A stretch of 16,491 bases of DNA. It comes from a bacterium. GTDB taxonomy: Bacteria; Zhuqueibacterota; Zhuqueibacteria; Zhuqueibacterales; Zhuqueibacteraceae. The position numbers and the translations under genes were made by a program. The stretch's first letter is position 1, and each line of letters opens with the position of its first letter. The stretch is from contig JBIOXB010000023.1 of assembly GCA_044869275.1 (NCBI GenBank), positions 1-16,491 of the forward strand. The letters are read 5' to 3'. The notes under the pieces were generated by a model. That model saw only the letters and a program-made list of their open reading frames with translations. It searched no databases and had not been told where the DNA came from. This document shows, piece after piece, positions 1 to 8,267 of the stretch.

Positions 1-117
1 TTTGGCGAGACATTCCTGATAAACTGCTTCCAAAAAACCGCATCCCATTTCCCGATAGACTTCAAAGATAGCGCCTTGAATGGCGTAGCACTCGTCTTTG
101 TACAGTATCTCACCCAT
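1..117 (-). CDS. GxxExxY family protein (PD-(D/E)XK nuclease-like), N-terminal part; continues beyond the left edge
   Basis: Not in the ORF track. Manual translation from ATG at 117 gives MGEILYKDECYAIQGAIFEVYREMGCGFLEAVYQECLAK, which contains the GFLEAVY (GxxExxY) signature. A GGGAGG Shine-Dalgarno lies just upstream. Confidence 0.9.
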   Translation of the reverse strand, partial: MGEILYKDECYAIQGAIFEVYREMGCGFLEAVYQECLAK

Positions 118-154
118 AACGCCTCCCCCCTATATCGATTGCAGAAGCCTTTTG

Positions 155-214
155 ACCACGAACCACACGAAATACACGAAATTCTTTGTTCGTGTGTTTC
201 GTGCCTTTCGTGGT
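155..214. repeat. Inverted repeat built from tandem 9-mers (nnCACGAAA)
   Basis: Left arm 155-180 is accacgaaccacacgaaatacacgaa. The right arm 189-214 reverse-complements to accacgaaaggcacgaaacacacgaa (22/26 identical). The loop is 8 nt. Confidence 0.9.
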
Positions 215-254
215 TTATACAAACAATGCCGGTACACAAACACAAATCAATTGC

Positions 255-905
255 TCACGCCAGTTTCTCCTGCATCGCTTTAATCACCGCTTCCGTGCGG
301 GAATTGACGTGTAACTTGGCGTAGATGTTTTTAAGGTGAAAACGCACCGTGGGCAGGCTGATAAAAAGCTGCGCGGCGATTTCTTTGTTGCTTAGGCCGT
401 CGGTGAGCGCGCGCAACACTTCTAATTCGCGGTCGGAAAGCTCGGCGGTGTATTTCACATTCTTCTTCTGGCCCTGAAAATAGGCCAGCACTTTTTGCGC
501 CACTTCGCCGGACATGGGCGCGCCGCCGCGATGGGCTTCTTTGATCGATTCCGTCAGCTTTTCCATCGAAGAATTCTTGAGCAAATACCCCACCGCGCCC
601 GCGCGCAACGATTCGAAGATGCGCTCGTCATCGCTGTAGTTGGTGAGCATGAGAATTTTCAAGTCGGGAATTTCCAGGCGCAGCGCTTCAACGCATGCGA
701 TGCCCGAACGGCCGGGCATGTTGATATCCATGAGCACGACGTCAGGCAATTCCTCGATCATGTTCTCCAGCACGTCATCACAACTGGAATAGGCGCCGGA
801 GAAATGCAACCCCTCGGCGTTCTTAAGCAGCGCGGCGATCATGCCGCGCACGGCTTCATCGTCGTCCACCAGGGCAACCTGGATGTCGGGTTCAGTATTG
901 GGCAT
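255..905 (-). CDS. NarL/FixJ-family response regulator (REC + LuxR-type HTH)
   Basis: Receiver motifs VALVDDD, DVVLMDINMPG, LT and GYLLK, plus the C-terminal LSDRELEVL...GLSNKEIAAQLFISLPTVRFHLKNIYAKLHV HTH. ATG at 905 is preferred; TTG at 914 is possible. Confidence 0.95.
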   Translation of the reverse strand: MPNTEPDIQVALVDDDEAVRGMIAALLKNAEGLHFSGAYSSCDDVLENMIEELPDVVLMDINMPGRSGIACVEALRLEIPDLKILMLTNYSDDERIFESLRAGAVGYLLKNSSMEKLTESIKEAHRGGAPMSGEVAQKVLAYFQGQKKNVKYTAELSDRELEVLRALTDGLSNKEIAAQLFISLPTVRFHLKNIYAKLHVNSRTEAVIKAMQEKLA

Positions 906-925
906 GTCCGTCAACGTGTCTTGGT

Positions 926-1276
926 TTAGGGCAGCAGCAGCATTTTGCGAATGGCCGCGAAATTGCCGGCGGTGAGTTTGTAGAAATAGACGCCGCTGGA
1001 CAAGCGTCGCGCATCAAAAGTAACGGAATAAACACCCGGCGGTTTTCTTTCATTCACCAAGGTGGCGATCTCATTCCCCAGCACGTCGTACACTTTCAAG
1101 TTGACCAGCTCCGTGCGCGCCACGGCGTACTGCATCCTGGTCACGGGATTGAACGGATTGGGATAATTGGCATACAACGCAAACTCGCGGGGAGTGCCGG
1201 TTCCGCGATCGGCCACGGCGGTTTGCGCGATCAATCTATGAGAAATGCCGCAAGATGCAATAAAACTTTTTCTCAA
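926..1276 (-). CDS. Stand-alone T9SS type A sorting (Por secretion C-terminal/FlgD-Ig-like) domain; possibly a gene remnant
   Basis: Contains FALYANYPNPFNPVTRMQY...LKVYDVLGNEIATLVN...FDARRLSSGVYFYKL...KMLLL. The candidate TTG start at 1276 overlaps the kinase TGA stop (TTGA). The start is uncertain. Confidence 0.75.
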   Translation of the reverse strand: MRKSFIASCGISHRLIAQTAVADRGTGTPREFALYANYPNPFNPVTRMQYAVARTELVNLKVYDVLGNEIATLVNERKPPGVYSVTFDARRLSSGVYFYKLTAGNFAAIRKMLLLP

Positions 1277-4257
1277 TATGGGACCGTGGCAATGATGCGC
1301 GTGCCCTGCCCCGGCGCGGAAACGATTTCGCACATGCCGTTGATTTTTTCCGCGCGCGCCTGCATGTTGATCAAGCCGTTTCCCGTTTTTGCTTTATCCT
1401 TCTCGAACCCCCGGCCCGCATCCGCCACAGTCAGCATGAGATTTTTGCCGTTGACCTGCAGCGCTACTTGCGCCGTCGGGCTGGCGGAATATTTCGCCAG
1501 ATTGTGCAGCGCCTCCTTGGCAATCAACAACAAGTTTCTGCGCACTTCGGGGTTGAGCTTCAGGCCGGCGATTTGTTTGGAGAATTCCATTTTCAATTGA
1601 ATGTTTTTTGCGTCGCACGTTTCCGCAGCAAAAGCGCGCAAGCGCCGCTGCAGCGCCTCGACGGAATCGTGCCTCGGATTAATCGACCAGACCACGTCGC
1701 TCATCGCGGCAGAGAGCTCGCGCGCAATGACGCCCACGCGCGCCACCGTGGTGGCGAGCTCACCGGCTGCTTCTGATGAAAGAACTTGGCTGCCATTGGT
1801 TTCCCTCTGCACGCTGCTCCCGAGCGCCGCGCCGGATTTTTGCAGCGCGACTTCCGACAGCAATCCGATGTGCGTCAAGCCCGCGCCAATGTCGTCGTGC
1901 AAATCGAGCGCAATGCGCGAGCGGATTTTTTCAATCTCCAAAACGCGGCGCAAGCGCAGGCGATGCAACCCGTAAAAGATGCCCGCGAGTGCGAGGGCGC
2001 TGCTCGCGATGAACCACCAGCGCTGCCAAAACGGCGGCAAAATCTCAAACGCCAAGCGCGCGGGCGCTGTGCTGGTCACGCCCTCCACGTTAATCGCGCT
2101 GACTTCGAAAGCGTAAGCGCCCGGCCGCAGCGAAGCAAAGGTCACGGTGCGTTCTTGCACGGGACCTTGCCAGCTTTCTTCCAGTCCTTGCAGCCGGTAT
2201 TTGAAGCGCAAGGATTTTTCATCCTTGAAGCTGATGCCGCCGAATTTGATGATGCAAAGATTCTGATCATGCGGCAGCTTCGCGTAAGGCGAGATCTCAC
2301 GCTCGACACCGTTGACGCGCCAGCCGGTGATATAAACCAGCGGCGGCACCGGCGGCGGGCCGGCTTTGTCAACTTCATAGACTATGAGATTGTGGTTGCT
2401 CAAGCCCCAAACCATTCCGCCCGGCGCAACGCCTACCGAGCCAACCAGCTCTCCAGTGAGTTTTCTATCCGTGATCAGCCGGGAGGAATCAGGCAGATAG
2501 TATTGCATGCCCACCGTTGTGCCGATCCACATGCCGCCCTTTTCATCCTCCGCGAATCCCCACACTGCATTGCTGAGCAAGCCGTCGCGCGTCGAGAGCG
2601 TGTGCATTTTGCCATCCCGCCAGATTCCCACACCGCCAAAACGCGTGCCGATCCAAACCTCGCCGTTGCGGCGCTCCATGATCATGCGAATGCTATTGTC
2701 CGGCAGCCCATCGGCGGTGGTAATGGTGCGCAGCAATTTCAGCGCGTGGTTTTCCAAATGGAACAGCGCAATGCCGCCGAAAAATCCTCCGAACCACATC
2801 TGATCGTTGCGATCGCGCAAAATCGCACGCACGGTGTTGGTCGGCATGCCGTCGGCCGCCGTATATAGCTTGCGCATCCTCCCCGTGTTCAAATCGAAAT
2901 GCACAAGACCCAAGTACCGCACGTTGCACCAAAGCTGATTGTGGCGATCCACCATGAAAGCCAGCGGAAAACCCGCGGGGAGATCGCGTCCAGGTTTCAG
3001 CATGCGCGTTGCCACGAGCCGCGAGGGGCCTTCCCCCTCCGGTTTGATTCTGTATCCGCATATGCCGCCCGAGCGCATGGCGATCCACAGCGTACTATCT
3101 GGCCCGAAATCCGCCTGCCACATGGGGCTGGGCCGATGTTGCGGCTGGTGCAAATACTGCTGCCAGCCGCCGTCACTCCTTCTCCAGATTTCCCACAGCC
3201 CTTGCTCGGAAACGACGAACATCCGCCCGCGCGCATCAGCCACGGCGGCCCGATTCATGACATCGGAGCGCAAACCGGGCAAGGGGAAACGCAAGATGTT
3301 TCTGACCGACAATTTCGCCATGCCATTGCCTTGCGTGCCGAACCAGAGGTTATGCTCGCGATCAAGCTCGCAGGAAAGCACGTCGTCCTTGGGCAGGCCA
3401 TTTGCGCTGGAATAATGCACGATCGCGCCGCGCGGAAAATCCCGGGTTGGTATGTTCATTATTCCGGCAATGGTGCTGGCCCACAGCGACCCGTCATAGT
3501 CGAGCAGCAAGTCGTGCAGCTCCGCCACCGGCAAAGGTCTTGTGGCGATCACGCGGTGGTCACGCCATTGTAAGATCTCCCCCTTCTCCGTTGCCAGCCA
3601 CAACGTGCCGTCGGCGTCTTCGATCATGCTCCTCTTGGGTGTGTCTGCAAAAGGCAACACCATGGGCTGGAGTTTGCCTGTTTTGGGAAAATAACAATAG
3701 ACGTTTTGATCGAGGCTGATCCATATGGTGCTGTCACGCGTCTGTACGATGAAACGCGCCCAGCCCGTGTCATTGCCGGTGGGGAAAGAAGTCACGTGTC
3801 CGTCGCGCACTTGGCAAACGCCCTGGTTCGTGCCGCACCAGAGCACGCCTTCATGATCTTCGAACAGTGTGCCCACGGTATTGGAAGGTGGCGTCGAACC
3901 CAGTTGAATGGCCGTGAACTTTCCGCCCGCCAGTTTCACCACGCCTTCCAAGTGCGTGCCGATCCACATCGTGCCTGGTTCCGTCCTGCTCTCGATGACG
4001 TTCCAGACGTGGCTCACGGGCAGGCCGTCGGCGAGACCGTAATTCTTGAAGCTCACGCCGTCGTACATGGACAGGCCTTCATCGCTGCAGATCCACAAAT
4101 AACCGCGGCGGTCTTGATAAATCGCCGTGATCCATTGCGAAGGCAGGCCCTCTTTGGTTGAGTAATGCTCGAAGGGAAGGATTTGCGTCAGCGCCGGAAA
4201 AGGCAACAGCGCCAAGAACAGCGCGAGCAAGCGTATGGAAGAGGAAAGGGCTGGCAT
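1273..4257 (-). CDS. Sensor histidine kinase with periplasmic two-component-regulator beta-propeller repeats, Y_Y_Y domain, TM helix, HisKA_3 and HATPase_c
   Basis: Signal peptide; repeated GLP..V..I..D..G.LW.GT blades; FKYRLQG...LRPGAYAFEV (Y_Y_Y); PPFWQRWWF TM entry; RIALDLHDDIG H-box; EALHNLAKYS N-box; DAGRGF and GNGLINM G-boxes. Confidence 0.95.
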   Translation of the reverse strand: MPALSSSIRLLALFLALLPFPALTQILPFEHYSTKEGLPSQWITAIYQDRRGYLWICSDEGLSMYDGVSFKNYGLADGLPVSHVWNVIESRTEPGTMWIGTHLEGVVKLAGGKFTAIQLGSTPPSNTVGTLFEDHEGVLWCGTNQGVCQVRDGHVTSFPTGNDTGWARFIVQTRDSTIWISLDQNVYCYFPKTGKLQPMVLPFADTPKRSMIEDADGTLWLATEKGEILQWRDHRVIATRPLPVAELHDLLLDYDGSLWASTIAGIMNIPTRDFPRGAIVHYSSANGLPKDDVLSCELDREHNLWFGTQGNGMAKLSVRNILRFPLPGLRSDVMNRAAVADARGRMFVVSEQGLWEIWRRSDGGWQQYLHQPQHRPSPMWQADFGPDSTLWIAMRSGGICGYRIKPEGEGPSRLVATRMLKPGRDLPAGFPLAFMVDRHNQLWCNVRYLGLVHFDLNTGRMRKLYTAADGMPTNTVRAILRDRNDQMWFGGFFGGIALFHLENHALKLLRTITTADGLPDNSIRMIMERRNGEVWIGTRFGGVGIWRDGKMHTLSTRDGLLSNAVWGFAEDEKGGMWIGTTVGMQYYLPDSSRLITDRKLTGELVGSVGVAPGGMVWGLSNHNLIVYEVDKAGPPPVPPLVYITGWRVNGVEREISPYAKLPHDQNLCIIKFGGISFKDEKSLRFKYRLQGLEESWQGPVQERTVTFASLRPGAYAFEVSAINVEGVTSTAPARLAFEILPPFWQRWWFIASSALALAGIFYGLHRLRLRRVLEIEKIRSRIALDLHDDIGAGLTHIGLLSEVALQKSGAALGSSVQRETNGSQVLSSEAAGELATTVARVGVIARELSAAMSDVVWSINPRHDSVEALQRRLRAFAAETCDAKNIQLKMEFSKQIAGLKLNPEVRRNLLLIAKEALHNLAKYSASPTAQVALQVNGKNLMLTVADAGRGFEKDKAKTGNGLINMQARAEKINGMCEIVSAPGQGTRIIATVPY

Positions 4258-4304
4258 CGTGCAACTGTTAACAAAATTTTTTTTGCTATTCGATGTTCAC
4301 AGGC

Positions 4305-4332
4305 ATTATATTGTTGCATGCTTTTGTGTAAA
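4305..4332 (-). promoter_or_regulatory. Candidate sigma70 promoter of the kinase operon
   Basis: Minus strand reads TTTACA-N16-TATAAT, with the -10 ending 48 nt upstream of the ATG at 4257, in an AT-rich gap. Confidence 0.6.
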
Positions 4333-4560
4333 AGTTAAAATCACAGAAGTGTCAAGCGCTCCAGACAATGTCAGCAGACGCCAGCGCAAGTCCTTCGCGC
4401 CGCCGGGGCTCACCTAAGCGCGCCAGATCTTCCCATTTCGCTTACCTCTCTTGGCTGATTAGCCCAGCCGCACCTCACACTGTTAGTGTCACGCTCATGC
4501 GGCGTGCCTTTCGCATTTTCCCGCCCGGCGTGGGCGGTATTATCCTGACGTTTGAGAAAT

Positions 4561-5667
4561 ATGTCAAAAAGAAGGCGCAAAAACCAGTACAATCGCCAGG
4601 GCAATCGCCGGGGCGTCTCACCGCCTCCCCCGCCGCAGCCGGAGGCCAGCCGCCCCTCGCTCTCGTTGCGCCTGCGTATGCCGTTTTCAAAAGGCGGCAC
4701 GAAATTGCTTTTGCAGGCTAGAAAATTTCCCAAGACTTCCGGTGTTTTAATCGTACTGCTGCTGTCTCTGTCCCTTTTTCTGAGCAACTTTGTGCAGGCA
4801 GTGGAAGTGGTCAAAACAGCGGCAACGGTCATCATCAATCTATACAAGAATGTGAAGGGGACAAGAAAAGTCGAAGAAATCACCTCGCAAGACCGGGCCA
4901 GCCAGACGAATCTCGACAGGCACCTCAAGGACCTCGAAGATTTGCGCCAGCGGGCCCAGGAGGAGTTGAACGAGTTGGAGTTGCGCATCGTGAGTCTGGC
5001 GCGGACGTCGAGCGAATATGAAGCCGTGGAAACCCTGATCAAAAACGAAGAAGAAAAGCTGCGCCGCATCGATTCGCTTTTGACGAAAACTCTGAATGCC
5101 GCCAAGGATCTCAACTCGCCCAAGACTTCCCCACCCGCAGGGCAGCGCGCCGACTCCACACTCGTGCCTGAAGCAAGCACGAAACCTGCACCGCAGCAGC
5201 AGGAAACCCATGCAAAAGCATGGCCGCATGGCGATCGCCCTCATCCCGGCAGCCGTTCAACAAAAGTGAGCGCGGCGGAAATCAAATTGGAGGATCTCGT
5301 CATCGAAGAGGAACCACACGCGCGCGCGGCGCGCCCATGGCCGGAGCGCGAGAATCTCATGGCGGGCAGGCGTGACAGCTCGGCATTGCTCGCCACGATT
5401 TCCGAGCAATACCAGGAGAAGCTGCAAAGCATTTACCGGTACGAGCTCAGGAAGAATCCGGCGCTGACAGGCAGAATCGCCTTGCGCATCACGATAGATG
5501 CCCAGGGGCGGGTGAAAGAACGGCCGGAAATCATGCAATCAACCTTTGGCGCTTTCGCATTGCAGGACAAAATTTTGGACAGCATCATGAAATGGGATGG
5601 GTTCGGTGAAGTGCCGGAGACGCAAGGGGACACTGTTTTCCGCATCACTTTCAATTTCGTGGAGTAG
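4561..5667 (+). CDS. Membrane-anchored coiled-coil protein with C-terminal AgmX/PglI (TonB-C-like) domain
   Basis: Basic, Pro-rich N-terminus; TM GVLIVLLLSLSLFL; heptad-rich middle; C-terminal LQSIYRYELRKNPALTGRIALRITIDAQGRV...IMKW..F...FRITFNF. Confidence 0.85.
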   Translation: MSKRRRKNQYNRQGNRRGVSPPPPPQPEASRPSLSLRLRMPFSKGGTKLLLQARKFPKTSGVLIVLLLSLSLFLSNFVQAVEVVKTAATVIINLYKNVKGTRKVEEITSQDRASQTNLDRHLKDLEDLRQRAQEELNELELRIVSLARTSSEYEAVETLIKNEEEKLRRIDSLLTKTLNAAKDLNSPKTSPPAGQRADSTLVPEASTKPAPQQQETHAKAWPHGDRPHPGSRSTKVSAAEIKLEDLVIEEEPHARAARPWPERENLMAGRRDSSALLATISEQYQEKLQSIYRYELRKNPALTGRIALRITIDAQGRVKERPEIMQSTFGAFALQDKILDSIMKWDGFGEVPETQGDTVFRITFNFVE

Positions 5668-5725
5668 GATTTTCGCCAACAGAAGAACCGCCGCCCGCAG
5701 CACCGGCACAACCTGGAATGAAATC

Positions 5726-6523
5726 ATGCCATTCCTCAACACTTCAACTCAGGCCTCGAGCCGGAGCAAAAGCGAATCTGCGCGAGCCACGCGATCAAAG
5801 CTTCGAACGGCCATGGCATGGGCGACGCTCCTTCTCGGCGTGCAAATGGTGGCTTCTTCGGAAAGCGGCGCCGGGCTCAAGAGATTCCTGGCGGAGAAAG
5901 CCGCCGATTTACGCCGCCGGAATCAAGCGCTCCACGAAAAGGTCGGCGCCTTCGAGCACCGCATGAGAATCCGATCCGCGCTGGCCTCCGATCTCGAGCA
6001 TGCGATTCGATCCTTTTCCGGTTTTTCGGATTCTTTGGCAGGAGCGAGTTCTGTTGCGCTGCCGCTACAGCACCTGGAAACGCGCCCTGTGCGCAGCGCT
6101 CCGGCAACTGGGCATGCCAGCCTCCCCTCGAGCCGGCCACTTGAGAAAGTTGTAGTGCGGCCCAAAAACGATTTCCACACCAGCGCGTTCGATCGCGCTG
6201 CAAACGGCCAGATTTTGATGGCACCACGGGACCGGCACATTGACGCCATTAATGCGGTGTTCGACCGGCACCGGCCGGCGTTGCAGTATTTGTACCGTCG
6301 CGCGCTCAAGCGCGATCCGGGGCTAAAAGGAGGTGTAACCCTCCGTTTCAAACTCACCGCGGCAGGGTGCATCAAGGATTTGGAAATGCTTGAGTCCAGT
6401 TTGAGTTCTCAAGAATTGCAGGCGGCGATCCTGGAAAAAGTGCGCCGTTGGAAGGATTTTGGTGAGGTGCCTGGCAGCAATGAAAATAAGGTTTACGTCA
6501 AAACTTTCCGATTTGGCGATTGA
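5726..6523 (+). CDS. Second AgmX/PglI C-terminal domain protein
   Basis: RDRHIDAINAVFDRHRPALQYLYRRALKRDPGLKGGVTLRFKLTAAG...ILEKVRRWKDFGEVP...TFRF. Hydrophobic segment AMAWATLLLGVQMVA. The start is uncertain; 5726 is the first in-frame ATG after the upstream stop. Confidence 0.8.
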   Translation: MPFLNTSTQASSRSKSESARATRSKLRTAMAWATLLLGVQMVASSESGAGLKRFLAEKAADLRRRNQALHEKVGAFEHRMRIRSALASDLEHAIRSFSGFSDSLAGASSVALPLQHLETRPVRSAPATGHASLPSSRPLEKVVVRPKNDFHTSAFDRAANGQILMAPRDRHIDAINAVFDRHRPALQYLYRRALKRDPGLKGGVTLRFKLTAAGCIKDLEMLESSLSSQELQAAILEKVRRWKDFGEVPGSNENKVYVKTFRFGD

Positions 6524-6540
6524 GCGAGATGCCGAATCAA

Positions 6541-6566
6541 CCCGGCGGGCTGAAGCCGTTGCCGGG
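6541..6566. terminator. GC-rich hairpin between convergent genes
   Basis: cccggc-g-ggc-tgaa-gcc-gtt-gccggg. There is no clear U-tract. Confidence 0.35.
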
Positions 6567-6571
6567 CGCTA

Positions 6572-7084
6572 TTACTCTTCTTGCTCTTGATGTTGTGGTC
6601 TGTCAAAAAACATCAAAAAATCTGTGGGCGCCGGCACCTGGCCAAGCTGCCGCAACATTGTCGCAATCTGTCCGCGATGGTAGGTGGAATGATTCACAAC
6701 GTGCTGCAGCATCTGCCCGAGCGCATATTCCCACCTCTCACCCTTGGTGTTGAGATACGATATCCGTCGCACCAGCATCTCCTCCGTCAAGGAATCGATG
6801 AAATCAGTTTGTTCGCGCTCAATTTCCGCCCAGCGTTTGCAGACGGCCTCCGGCGCGGGAAAATCTTTCGCCGGCAACATGGCCGGCGGCGAAATGCCGA
6901 GCCAGCGCTTGAGCCAAATCCATTCCGCAGAAAGAATATGCACCAGCGTATCACGCACGGAAGGGAAGCTGCTCGAAAGATTTCGCGTGAATTGTTCGGC
7001 AGTCAATGCCGATACCGCGGCCAGCGTTTGCGCGTTGGCCCAGCGGTTGTACTCGTATAATACTCGAATGTCTTGCGTGCTCAT
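6572..7084 (-). CDS. DinB/YfiT-family (DinB-like) putative metalloprotein
   Basis: YNRWANAQTL, SVRDTLVHILSAEWIW and LQHVVNHSTYHRGQIATMLRQLG (His triad). AGGAG RBS upstream. Confidence 0.92.
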   Translation of the reverse strand: MSTQDIRVLYEYNRWANAQTLAAVSALTAEQFTRNLSSSFPSVRDTLVHILSAEWIWLKRWLGISPPAMLPAKDFPAPEAVCKRWAEIEREQTDFIDSLTEEMLVRRISYLNTKGERWEYALGQMLQHVVNHSTYHRGQIATMLRQLGQVPAPTDFLMFFDRPQHQEQEE

Positions 7085-7253
7085 GGCTCCTGTGGTAATT
7101 TAAATAGAGTTTTTTGCGGCTGTGCTTTTCATATTTGATACGATCAAGACATTCCGCCCAGAACTACAATTCCTGCCGTAACCACACGAATCAAGGCAAA
7201 ATAATCCGGATTAAAAACAATTGCTATGAAAATCTTAAACCGCTTTATTCGAA

Positions 7254-7409
7254 CTATTTTGCCTTTTTACCGTGTTCTATCTCGCCGCCATTCCACCGCT
7301 TTGCGCGTTGGCCTTGATAGCTGCTCAATTGCGGCACTTGCGCGGACGCGTCTAGTGCCAGGATGGACACCACTATAAAGGCAGTGACAATTCTGATATT
7401 TCCATTCAT
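7254..7409 (-). pseudogene. 51-aa ORF: signal peptide + QVPQLSSYQG; probably the truncated N-terminus of a large secreted protein
   Basis: Below the ORF-track cutoff. GGAGG-N6-ATG; MNGNIRIVTAFIVVSILALDASA|QVPQLSSYQGQRAKRWNGGEIEHGKKAK*. It has an A-S-A signal peptidase site and its own promoter at 7482-7510. Confidence 0.65.
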
Positions 7410-7481
7410 GTTCTTCCTCCAAAAAATGGATGAACAGTTTCGCCGTTTCTGGCGCGTTTATTTTTCCTTTCGCGCGACGGC

Positions 7482-7549
7482 AATATAGCTGGCGGACGAA
7501 GGTTCATCAACTCCATGAATGTGTGGGAAGAGGCCACATTTTGATGGGG
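7482..7549 (-). promoter_or_regulatory. Two palindromic operator boxes + sigma70-type promoter
   Basis: Minus strand: CCCCAT-caaa-ATGTGG, N7, CCACAC-attc-ATGGAG, then directly TTGATG-N17-TATATT. Confidence 0.7.
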
Positions 7550-7569
7550 GGATTTTTTACCCGGCGGCG

Positions 7570-7597
7570 GGAAGAAATTTTCATTTTCCGTCGTCTA
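7570..7597 (+). promoter_or_regulatory. Candidate ECF-type (autoregulatory) promoter
   Basis: GGAAG-N17-CGTCTA, ending 36 nt before the sigma ATG. It resembles the general ECF GGAAC..CGTC pattern with one mismatch in the -35. Confidence 0.45.
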
Positions 7598-7633
7598 AAC
7601 AATGAAAAGTAAACGAACCGATCGGCAGCAAGC

Positions 7634-8194
7634 ATGCCCCCGCAGCTCGCACAAACGGCAACGGAGTGTAGCCTGGATTTACGCGCGATTTTTCTCTCGC
7701 ACCACCGGCAATTGTATCGGGTGGCTTATCACCTCACTTTGTCGCGCCACGAGGCGGAAGACGTAGTGCAAGAAGTCTTTGTGCGCCTGCATGACAAGCT
7801 CGCGCAGTTCCAAGGCGAAGCCAAACTCTCGACCTGGCTGTATCGCATGACCGTCAATGCCAGCCTGGATGCGCTGCGGCGTTTCAAACGGAGGCAAAAA
7901 TGGGAAATGTCTTTGACGTTGATCGTGAATGAGGGGAGCTTGGCGCGGGAGAGCTCCGGGCAAGCGGATCATGCGGAAATATCAGAGAAGCTCGGAACCG
8001 CCCTGTCACGTTTGCGCAAGCCCTTCCGAACCGTCATTGTGCTGCGCGACCTCGAAGGACTGGCTTACGATCAGATTGCAGAAGTTTTGCAAATCGACAA
8101 GGGGACGGTTGCGTCGCGCCTGCATCGTGCCTATGCCAAATTAAAAAAAGAGCTCATGGCCTTGGGTATCGATCACGACTATATAAAATCGTAA
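7634..8194 (+). CDS. ECF (sigma-70 group 4) RNA polymerase sigma factor
   Basis: Region 2 AEDVVQEVFVRL...FQGEAKLSTWLYRMTVNASLDALR; region 4 LRDLEGLAYDQIAEVLQIDKGTVASRLHRA. Confidence 0.95.
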   Translation: MPPQLAQTATECSLDLRAIFLSHHRQLYRVAYHLTLSRHEAEDVVQEVFVRLHDKLAQFQGEAKLSTWLYRMTVNASLDALRRFKRRQKWEMSLTLIVNEGSLARESSGQADHAEISEKLGTALSRLRKPFRTVIVLRDLEGLAYDQIAEVLQIDKGTVASRLHRAYAKLKKELMALGIDHDYIKS

Positions 8195-8267
8195 CGCCGG
8201 TTGCCAGCCTGCGAACCAAATGTGCAACGGATGATCAGCGGCCAACGGACGGCAAATAGATTAGAAA

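Noticed and set aside
1786..4161. Long plus-strand ORFs (360, 224, 158, 151 aa) opposite the sensor kinase
   Set aside because: Antisense shadow frames of a GC-rich gene, with no recognisable motifs.
4410..5180. 256-aa minus-strand ORF
   Set aside because: Antisense to the AgmX/PglI-domain gene; Ser/Arg-rich shadow translation.
926..7409. Idea that the signal-peptide remnant (7254-7409) and the CTD remnant (926-1276) are two ends of one interrupted gene
   Set aside because: Same strand and order, but there are no element ends or target duplication around the intervening 6 kb, and the kinase and regulator flanking the CTD look like a native pair.
7430..7612. 60-aa plus-strand ORF upstream of the sigma factor
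   Set aside because: It runs through the operator boxes and both promoters, and has no protein-like features.
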